64,000 nt of DNA from Lytechinus pictus (lineage: Eukaryota), in the NCBI RefSeq assembly GCF_037042905.1, contig NC_087245.1, positions 19,222,001 to 19,286,000 of the forward strand. The letters are read 5' to 3'. A model generated the notes under the pieces. It saw only the letters and a program-made list of their open reading frames with translations. It had not been told where the DNA came from and made no database searches. The translations under genes were made by a program, and so were the position numbers. Below, one piece after another: positions 12,903 through 21,929 of this stretch. Each line of letters opens with the position of its first letter. The stretch's first letter is position 1.

Positions 12903-13482
12903 AACCTAAATAGACTGGGCTATTTCGATGCCTAAGAAGACTGTGGGGGGGGGGGCTGATTCAGCCCCCCTCCTTATGATCTCGGCCGTTGATCGCGACG
13001 AAACTTGGCACCCGCGTTACCAATGGCATAATATACAAAACTACAGGATCAAACTCTGTGAAAAATCTCATTGCTAATTAATTATGCTAATTTATGCATG
13101 AAATCAGAATTTTGCTTTAATTAACTAAATAATGCCCCTAAAATGCTAATTTTTGGTACACAGACACTTTATATTAATCTGTTCAAATGTACTAACAAAA
13201 AATTTCAAAATCACATTAATTTTTTCATGTATTTAACTGTTTTCAAAATTTCTTATGTATTTCTTTGTTTTTTATTGTTTTTTCAATGGAAATTGTCGGG
13301 GACTTTATTTGGACCATAAATAAGATGGAATTAATTGATTTCAATCAGTAAATGGAAAAATTATACATTTATGAATTTCGGCTAAGAACTCTATTTGCAT
13401 TGGATTTGTACACAAATTTACGTTTTTGTGCAATTTTGGGTCTGCATGCACTTATGAAATGATGCGTAATTTTGGAACCCCC
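12903..13482. mobile_element. Truncated piggyBac-like non-autonomous element (same family as 57069-58627, opposite orientation)
   Basis: ACCTAAATAGACTGGGCTATTTCG is the reverse complement of the 58600-58628 end. Internal segments match 57230-57600 in inverted orientation. Confidence 0.65.
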
Positions 13483-13798
13483 CGTATCCAAAATATCCGT
13501 GAGTAGATGTCTGGGGGGGGGGGGGGGGGTAAATGTCCAGGGGGTAGATGTCCGGGGGCTAGATGTCCGGGGGGTAAATGTCCGGGGGGTAAATGTCCGG
13601 GGGTAAATGTCCGGGGGTAGATGTCCGGGGGGTAAATGTCCGGGGGTAATTGTCCGGGGGGTAGATGTCCGGGGGGTAAATGTTCAGGGGTAGATGTCCT
13701 AGGGGGTAGATGTCCTAAGGGGGTGGATGTCCGGGGGGTGGATGTCCGGGTGGTGGATGTCCGGGGGGTGGATGCCCAGGGGTAGATGTTCGGATACG
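13483..13798. repeat. G-rich 13-16-bp tandem array (GGGGGTARATGTCC)n bounded by CGTATCC...GGATACG inverted ends (foldback-like MITE)
   Basis: About 20 units seen directly, with short terminal inverted repeats at 13483 and 13798. Confidence 0.8.
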
Positions 13799-14990
13799 AT
13801 ACAATATATATATTAAAAAAGTTAATTTTTCATTCAATTCGATTGTTCTTTCTTTCTTTTAAAGAATTTGGAAATACATGTACCAAAAATAAGAGTTGAA
13901 CTTTGATATACCTGCATGAACTGCATAAAAAATTATTTATTGTATCTATGAAGCTGTATTACCTCATCGATCAAAGGACTGCCCAAGTCATTGGAATTCG
14001 GTACTCTTTCTTTTAATGAAAGAAATGGAAAATCCGTCTTGTTGAATATGAAACCTCTTCTCGTCCATGGTGTAGGTTGGTACCAGCCCAAGTGCTTGTA
14101 TCCTCCAGGAGACCCGTTGTTTACAACTTTTAAATGGAAGTTTCATTAAAGCTGCGACAGTAACAAGTAAACAAATGAGAGACGTGTTTTTTATATCGAA
14201 AAGCAAGTTTTTAGATTTTGATAAGGCAAGTTAAGTTTTTCAATTTTAGTAGAATACATTTCTTTTTTCAATGACATATTCTTTCATATTGAGAAACTAA
14301 GTGTTTCAATTTTGATTATAATCATGATTACATTCTATGTCAGTTGTGCATCCCCATCCTGCTCCTACAAACTTAGAAAACACTAAAAATTTGTAATTAT
14401 GTATACGAACAAAAATAAACAATGAAGACAATTTCCTACAAAACTGTAAACTTCATCATGATAACGTCAATACTGAGAATTGTTCACCCCTGTGCATTTT
14501 GTGTATTTTTTGTAGCCTTGCACAATTTGCAGATATGACCCATATGCCCCTATAAAACATACCTTTGTTAAGTCAGGTGGCTTGTTGACGAAAAGGAACT
14601 ATTACGGATGGCAAATTCCTCTTGGGATTGTATAAGTACAACAATCAACTGAGCTGGCCTCCGAAGAACCAATGTAACTGTGTTTATTCAATCTAGGAGG
14701 TTAAAAGAAAAAGAGGGAAAAAACATCCTCAGTTTCATGACCATAAATATATCACTGAAATTGTAGTTTACATAACTTTCTATATCATCATGAACCTACA
14801 TGTAATGCATATTTGACTCTACAGTCTGAATTAAATGGACTTGACAAATAAATTGAATATTGTTGGTAAAAATAATCTTCTATGTCTGAACAGGTGTCTG
14901 CAGCAGTTAATAAATGATGCATATTTGTTGCATTAAACTCTGCCAAAGACAAATCTAAACGTCTGAAAGAACACTAATGTTTGCATTTCA

Positions 14991-15184
14991 ACTGGGCGTT
15001 GTGGCGTGCGCCTGTAATCCAAGCTACATGTACGTGGGGAAGTTACAATTTGATGCAGAAGTTCGAGGTTCGAATCCTGGTCACGTCTTTCGGATGGTGA
15101 CGTTAAAGGTCGGTCCCAGACGTAAATAATCATATCTGATTGATACACGTCTGACAAAACTCAAATACACACACACACACACAC
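14991..15184 (+). mobile_element. SINE with 7SL/Alu-domain-like head, B-box, Deu/Nin-domain-like segment and (CA)n tail, copy 1
   Basis: Head ACTGGGCGTTGTGGCGTGCGCCTGTAATCCAAGCTAC, B-box GGTTCGAATCC, body GTCTTTCGGATGGTGACGTTAAAGGTCGGTCCC, (CA)n tail. Confidence 0.7.
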
Positions 15185-15186
15185 TA

Positions 15187-15371
15187 ACTGGGCGTTGTGG
15201 CGTGCGCCTGTAATCCAAGCTATGTGAGGAAGTTACAAATTGATGCAGAGGTTCGAGGTTCGAGCCCTGGTCACGTCTTTTGGATGGTGATGTTAAAGGT
15301 CGGTCCCAGACGTAAATAATCATATCTGATTGATACACGTCTGACAAAAACTCAAATACACACACACACAC
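15187..15371 (+). mobile_element. Same 7SL-headed SINE, copy 2 (head-to-tail with copy 1)
   Basis: Near-identical to copy 1 apart from a few substitutions and small indels. B-box GGTTCGAGCCC, (CA)n tail. Confidence 0.7.
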
Positions 15372-15541
15372 TATCTGTGCAGTTTCCACATATAAAAACA
15401 AAACATTCTAATGCTAGGTGCATAATTTATCCTTTTTCTGAAATAATTGTTTTTCCTAATTTTGGAAATCCTTTTCTCTCACAAAACCTTACTTTTGGTT
15501 AAAACAATATCTGCTATCAAAAATATCAACTAATTCAAATA

Positions 15542-16644
15542 GTCACTCTCAATGGGACGGTTCGCCGATGAATATTCATTAGATTGTGGTCGTGTGCACG
15601 TGTGTGTGTACAATACCGAGTGTAAAAAACAAAGAAAGTTTTCAAATGGTGTGTGTGTGTATAACACAACGCAGGAGTTTATTTTACAGAGAATGAGTAG
15701 TATAGTGCAGAAAATTAAAGTGTACAATGAAGTTTTACAGAGGAGGAAATAATATAAATACATATGGAAGACAATGCAAGATGAGGTGAGGCAAGTACAG
15801 TGATTTTTTTTTCTCAAAAGTATTAGTAGTAGAGGAAATCATGGGGAAAAAATATATTATAGAGGACAATGTAACATGAGATGAGGCAAGTCTGCAATGA
15901 GGTTTTTTTTTCAAAGGAGGAGATAATACAAATATATATCTAGAGGACAATGTAAGATGAGATGAGGCAATTAAGTGTACAGTGAGGTTTTAACAAAGAA
16001 TGTATAACTAGGATAAGATAAAAAGAGGACAATGTAAGATGAGCTGTGGTAAGTGTACAGTGAGGTTTTTTCAAAAGAGGAGATGATAAAAAAATACCGG
16101 TATGTAGAGGACAATGTAAGATGAGGCACGTGTACATTGAGGTTTTATCAAATAATGTATAATGATGATGTAGACTGTAGAGGACAATGTAAGATGAGCT
16201 CTCACTGTACACTTGCCTTGAGCCCTTGATCATCTCATCTTACATTGTCCTCCATATTTGTATTATCTCCTCTTGAAAAAACCCTCACTGCACACAAGTT
16301 TGCCTTATCTCATCTTACATTGTCCTCAATAATATATTTGTATTATTTCCTCTACTAATACTTTTGAAAAAACAACATCACTGTACTTGCCTTACCTCAT
16401 CTTGCACTGTCCTCCATATATTTATATTATTTCCTCTTCTGTAAAACTTCATTGTACGCTTTTATTTTCTGCACTATACTACTCATTCTCTGTTAAATAA
16501 ACTCCTATCCCTACGTTGTTTTATACACACTCACCATTTGAAAACTCTCGTTATTTACACTCGGTATAGTATACACACACACACACACACCCATGCACGT
16601 GATCCAATGAATATTCATCGGCGAACCGTCCCATTGAGAGTGAC
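15542..16644. mobile_element. ~1.1-kb near-palindromic foldback/MITE with internal GAGGACAATGTAAGATGAG repeats
   Basis: GTCACTCTCAATGGGACGGTTCGCCGATGAATATTCATT is exactly inverted at 16606-16644. The arms run ~400 bp toward a centre near 16200. Confidence 0.85.
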
Positions 16645-17004
16645 GTAGGAGCTGGACATTTCATCGCCCTTTGTTGTCATCAAAAGTGGCTACCAGAAAA
16701 TACAAGCATTGAACCTAGCCGCTTGTAATGGGCACTTAATACATGCGTTAAAACTTTCACTTGACTCGTGCACTTTCCGTTCCAAATTTTCACATTTGTA
16801 TGTTACATATATATAGATCCTATTTATCTCATACTTTACTCACTTTCTTGGTGGAAAGTACCATGACTCAGAAAGTCAGGAATGAAACATAATGGTGTAA
16901 TTTGCCTGAAAAACTACAGCGAAACAGCTAAAATCATGCCTGCTGCACATGCCTGCTGGCCTGAAGCAGGCCTGGGCCCAGGAGTCCAAAGTGCATTTAA
17001 ACAT

Positions 17005-17485
17005 AGACATGGGACTAGGGTAGATTGTGGTCTCAATAACAAAATAAACAGAAATTATGCACTTACCATGATTATATGGATGAAGCCAGGTCAATCGTGT
17101 GGCAGTATCCTGACATCGAGGTACAGACTGGAATCTCAAAAAAACGAAAAGTTATCTCCTGCTACCCCAGTCTCGATCAGCCATTTTGTTATGAATTTTG
17201 AAAAAAATTAGGAGATGTATCACGAGGTATTCTGTCCCGTGAGTATGGGTAAATACACGGTGAGCTCTGACCTGGGACTCACTGGGAGAACTTCTCGTTT
17301 TTTTGAGGTTCCAACTTCCAGTCCGTGCCTCGATGTCAGGATACTACATGTACCACTCGATAGACCTTCATCCATCGTGGTAAGTGCATAATTTCTGTTT
17401 TCACAATTTATCTTGCTAGATTAATAGATATAGCGAACATAATCTACCCTTGTCCTGTGAGTATGGGTAAATACACGGTGAGCTC
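17005..17485. mobile_element. Diverged inverted-repeat element (MITE remnant)
   Basis: 17047-17160 is inverted at 17284-17401. A 33-bp direct repeat GTCC(C/T)GTGAGTATGGGTAAATACACGGTGAGCTC occurs at ~17234 and ~17452. Confidence 0.6.
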
Positions 17486-18180
17486 CTGGGCGCCGGCCCG
17501 CGAAGCATGCCGGCGCTCCCGGGCCTGGGTATGATCAATGATTGATACTTTCACTGTGTTGAAAATGAAATACATCTTCCGTGCTTTTTTCTTCTTGCTG
17601 TGCTGGATAACCTCAATGGTAACACTTAACAGGCACTCGCGCTCATGCCTAAGTTACAACATTAGCATCGAGTCACCATGGACAAAAGTTCTTCTTACTT
17701 AGGTCTTAGCTATCAATATCATACTCAAAGCAGCAGAATCGTAATCGTACCCAGGCAGCAGGGAGAATCCACACCGCGGCCGGGCAGCTTCGCGGGTGTG
17801 GGCTCTCTGCCTCTGGGTTAGCAACCAAGCGGCACGGAAAGCATCGAACCATCATCTTCTCCGTTGTTCTCCCCCGATATTCGGGGCAGGGATCAGCGGT
17901 ATCCGCTGCTCAGGTTGGGGTGTCAGGTTTGTTAACACCATGAAAGCCGACAACCATGGCTGCCGTTGTATTATAAAAAAATATATAATTGGAACTTACC
18001 TTGGCTTTAGTTTCAGTTATCCAGCAGTACAGTTGGCGTTGATGAATTTGACGTCCAAAACTAACTTCAGACGTGGTAAAAGTGGTAAAATACTGTGTTT
18101 CTTGTAATAATCGCAATGGCAGCTTTGTTTGCCGTGTAAATGCATGCAGTACGTGCGCGCGCGCGCCCGCTCACAAATTC

Positions 18181-19012
18181 GATAAACTGAGTTTTTCAAT
18201 TTCGATAAACTAGGTTTTTCAATTCGAAAAACTTAGTTTATCGAAATCGAAAAACCTAGTTTATCGGCGAAAAACTAAGTTTATCGGCGATAAACTAGGT
18301 TTTTCGATTCGATAAACTTAGTTTTTCGATTTCGATAAACTAGGTTTTTCAATTCGAAAAACTTAGTTTATCGAAATTGAAAAACCTAGTTTATCGGCGA
18401 AAAACCTAGTTTATCGCCTTTATGAGACAAATGGCGTTCTTAGAAAAACTCAGTTTATCACTTGAAAAACCTAGTTTATCGCCTTTATGGGACAAATGGC
18501 GTTCTTAGAAAAACTCAGTTTATCAGATTCGAAAAACTTAGTTTATCAGAATTGAAAAACTAAGTTTATCACTTGAAAAACCTAGTTTTTCGCCGATAAA
18601 CTAAGTTTATCACTTGAAAAACTCAGTTTATCTAGAAAAACTCAGTTTATCAGTCGAAAAACTAAGTTTTTCAAGAAACTCTGCTTTTCACTTGAAAAAC
18701 CTAGTTTTTCATTGAAAAACTTAGTTTTTCATTGAAAAACTTAGTTTATCGGTGAAAAACTTAGTTTTTCGCCGATAAACTTAGTTTTTCAATTGATAAA
18801 CTAGGTTTATCAAAAAAACCTAGTTTTTCAATTGAAAATCTAAGTTTTTCGGCGATAAACTTAGTTTTTCTTGATAAACTTAGTTTTTCAAGTGATAAAC
18901 TTAGTTTATCGGCGAAAAACTAAGTTTATCGGCGAAAAACTTAGTTTTTCAATTGAAAAACTAGGTTTTTCGATTGATAAACTAGGTTTTTCGGCGATAA
19001 ACTGAGTTTATC
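18181..19012. repeat. Right terminal array of the same 17-bp palindromes
   Basis: Roughly 38 units, with internal terminus-like motifs CGCCTTTATG(A/G)GACAAATGGCGTTCTTA ending at 18442 and 18507. Confidence 0.95.
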
Positions 19013-19040
19013 GCCTTTATGAAACAGATGGCGCGCCATA

Positions 19041-21772
19041 CACGTCCGCAACATCAGTCCAGTCTTCAAGTCCCAACTTCACTTCAAATCGAGGACACAA
19101 TGTTGCAGTATTTTCAAAGCACTGATAGTCATGGTGACAACATAACTGTAGATAAATTTTTCTCCAGCTTGTCCCCCATTGTCCCACACTGTAAAAGTTA
19201 CCTCAATGCCAGCTCCATTGCTATGAGGTTAAATTTCGGTCGTCTGAACATTGAACATACTACTATAGGAATTAAAGTTTTTGTGTCATCTAACTCCAAG
19301 TCGATTCTTATTGATGTTATAAACATATCACAATTTAAGAATCCAAATATGTTTCGTAGATTAAAAAAAAAGTTAACGGAAAATGCTCTATAACTTGCTA
19401 TGCTCCACCGCTAAAAAGAGAGCTGATATCTTATTCCCTCTGACCATGGAGCTAATAGCTCTATGCTCCGACATCACTCAATACTCTTTCGATTGTAACA
19501 TAAAAGATGCAATGTCAGTTATGCAGCATCACCAACAAATTAAAAGCGGTGTATATATGATTACATCTGAATTACTTATGATAAATCCATATGAAATAAA
19601 TCATTTGCAGGAAATCTACAACTTTAATGACTGATATCGTATTATAAACAACGACACCATTAAATGTGTTATTCTAATTTCCACTTGAATTTTTCACTTT
19701 GACATCTCCATAGGCAGCGGAAGCGGGGACAGGTCCCCCCCCCCCCCCTAAATTTTTAGTTGATAAATTTTTTTTTTATTTTTTGGCTTCCACCGCCAAT
19801 GTACATCTCCCATTGTTACAGTTGCAAGTCAGTCTCAATTTGCAGAAATTACGATTGTGAAGGATTATGATCTTCCTCTTTTGTAGATCTGGAAAATATC
19901 GTCTGAGCATGTTCACCATTTATTAAAAATATATTTATTTCTTAAATTATACTTGAATTTAAATTCAGGATTTGTTCACAGATAAGAGAAGTTGAGCATT
20001 TTGCACATCACAGAAATTTGGTTCATGCAAATACATGTATTAACATGATCACTAGTAATGCACTATCAAATATCAATACATGAAACCAGTTACTGTGAAA
20101 ATAAAAATGATGGGTACTGGACGGAACGTTTCTGGACTAATGTTTTATTTTGGAAACAGAGATCTAGGATTGTTTGAAATATGACAAAATGTTCGAAACA
20201 AAATTTCATCTCTAAACAGAATGGCAATGACACTCCTGTTGCCTGTTTCATAGAGAGGTACAACTATCATAACTTTGTCTTTAATATGGCGCAACATCCA
20301 ATTATAATTGTGGTTTCCATGGTAGTTGCCATAATGTTAAAGTACTTTTGAAATGGGCCCCTGGACATGAAGAATACTGACAAAAGAAAGTTGATTGTGA
20401 AATAAAAAGAATACATTCATCTTCAAGAAATTTTTTGACGCCCCATGCATTTTTTGTTGTTTATATATCTCGTATTATTTTTTTCTGTAATAAATTAATG
20501 AGCATCACTTTTTTTTCAACAACAAATATAATGTAGATTGCTGAAGAACCTAAAATATATTTGGAGCTGAACTAAACTCAAAATAAAGATGTCGACAAAA
20601 TGAAGTCCAGTGTTGCTCTTATTTATTGGGCCAGACCTCACTTGGCATTGCTTTTAAAAAACAAGTCCACCCCAACAAAAAAGTTGATTTGAATAAAAGA
20701 GAAATATCCAACAAGCATAACACTGAAAATATCATCAAATTCAGATGTAAAATAAGAAAGTTATGACATTTTAAAGTTTCGCTTAATTTTCACAAAACAG
20801 TTATATACACATCCTGATCGGTATGCAAATGAGGAGACTGATAACGTCATTCGCTCACTATTTATTTTGTATTTTATTTATATGAATATGAAATGTAATT
20901 TTCTTCTCATTGTCAAGAGAAACAACAATTAATTCCTCCCTGAACATGTAGAATTAGCATTGGTTTAATCAAGTTGGTCATTATTGTCAAATAAATGAAA
21001 TATTGTATTTTTCAAACAATAAAAAAAAAGAAATAGTAAGGGACATCAACTGTCTCATTTACATATCACTGAGGTGTGCATATCACTCTTTTGTGAAAAT
21101 AAGCGAAACTTTAAAATGTCATAACTTTCTTATATCCGATTCTGCATGAATCATGCTAGTTTGACTTTTTTCTATTTATTCAAATTAACAGTTTTCTTGG
21201 GTGGATTTGACCTTTAAACAAATAATATACCGTATTCAAATATGTTCAGAAATAATTTCGTATAACCAATTTAACTAATAGAAACAGAGAGAATAGAAGA
21301 ATCAAGAAAAGTGGAAGAACTAAGGGTGAAAGGTGACCAATGAGCACGAGGTCATGAATGAAGAAGAATGTTCTGAATATAAATGAGAAGACAATAGAAA
21401 CATGTGGAGTTGTAATGGCATTAGAATCTGATATATAAACTAAGGAGTAAGGAATGAGATAAACTAAGGATTGAGATGAACAGGTGACAATGGCATAGAA
21501 ATGGGAAGTGAAGTATGGAAAGCAAAGTGTAAAATAAAAAGATTAATCATGACAAAATTCAATTACATTTAAATAGAACGATCAATTCCCGTATAGATAT
21601 GAGTGAATAACAAAGAATACTTGTGTCTGTCCAATGAGCAGTCCGTCAGATTGATGCTTCTTGGTGGAATTCAAGACAAGATTAATTTATACATAGGACA
21701 TAGATACACGAAAATCCTTAAAAATTACTTCTTGCCACGCCTGAAGCAGGCTTCTTTGCCTTGGGTTTTCAT
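19041..21772 (-). CDS. Putative small spliced ORF (97 aa before the insertion) of unknown identity; last exon split by the 18.6-kb transposon
   Basis: Exons 21772-21729, 21659-21621, 19888-19853 and 19188-19041, continuing at 407-381. All introns are GT-AG phase 2, giving MKTQGKEACFRRGKKSINLTDCSLDRHKSTKEEDHNPSQSVGQWGTSWRKIYLQLCCHHDYQCFENTATLCPRFEVKLGLEDWTDVADV|PEDDDEED*. No family recognised. Confidence 0.35.
19709..19801. mobile_element. Tiny hAT-like MITE
   Basis: CATAGGCAGCGGAAGC...GCTTCCACCGCCAATG with 8-bp TSD GACATCTC/TACATCTC (1 mismatch). Confidence 0.65.
20658..21213. mobile_element. Kolobok-type MITE, full length
   Basis: TTAA at 20654-20657 and 21214-21217. CAAGTCCACCC...GGGTGGATTTG TIR. 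Homologous to 8739-9303. Confidence 0.8.
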
Positions 21773-21804
21773 GGGTACATTGGACGGTTTTTGCCTGCTG
21801 GACG

Positions 21805-21929
21805 GGATCCGTGCACGGCTTTATTGCCGTGCCGTGGGGCAGTGGAAACTGGAAAACAGCACGGCGTGCCGTATGCCGTGCCGGAATGCCGTGCACGGTC
21901 GCCGTGCCGGATGCGGTGTAAACGGGCCT
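21805..21929. repeat. CpG-rich GCCGTGC repeat cluster ending in GTGTAAACGGGCCT|TAA (PIF/Harbinger-like terminus); overlaps the presumed divergent promoter region
   Basis: About 8 copies of CCGTGC/GCACGG. The terminus and TAA flank are typical of Harbinger ends. No partner TIR found in the window. Confidence 0.45.

Larger units (their letters stand above)
12098..17941 (-). pseudogene. Decayed or non-coding spliced transcription unit inside the large transposon
   Basis: Exon-like blocks with donors at 17941-17751, 17648-17574, 14692-14563, ~14152-13963 and ~12280-12098 (CAG|GTAAGT). The first two join in frame but contain TGA at codon 30; later blocks contain stops. Confidence 0.3.
414..19040. 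mobile_element. ~18.6-kb DNA transposon with foldback-type TIRs, IS3EU-like (TAY...RTA termini, 6-bp TSD), apparently non-autonomous
   Basis: Left end TATGGCGCGCCATTTGTTTCATAAAGGCG... (414) is the inverted match of the right end ...CGCCTTTATGAAACAGATGGCGCGCCATA (19040), with 2 mismatches in the outer 200 bp. It is flanked by direct repeat CACGTC at 408-413 and 19041-19046. No transposase-length ORF inside. Confidence 0.88.

Noticed and set aside
14991..15371. Bona fide 7SL (SRP) RNA gene or human Alu contamination
   Set aside because: Similarity stops after ~40 nt. There is no S domain, oligo-T terminator, Alu body or poly(A), and the sequence continues into a non-Alu body with a (CA)n tail.
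17852..17854. In-frame TGA as selenocysteine
   Set aside because: There is no redox-motif context or identifiable SECIS. CGA>TGA decay in an Arg run is simpler.
414..19040. Polinton/Maverick (size and 6-bp TSD fit)
   Set aside because: Termini are TATGG/CCATA, not AG..CT, and there are no long intronless ORFs for pPolB, integrase, ATPase or capsid.
19019..19393. 124-aa plus-strand ORF starting in the TIR
   Set aside because: The ATG is supplied by the transposon end, there are no recognisable motifs, and the splice signals favour the minus strand.
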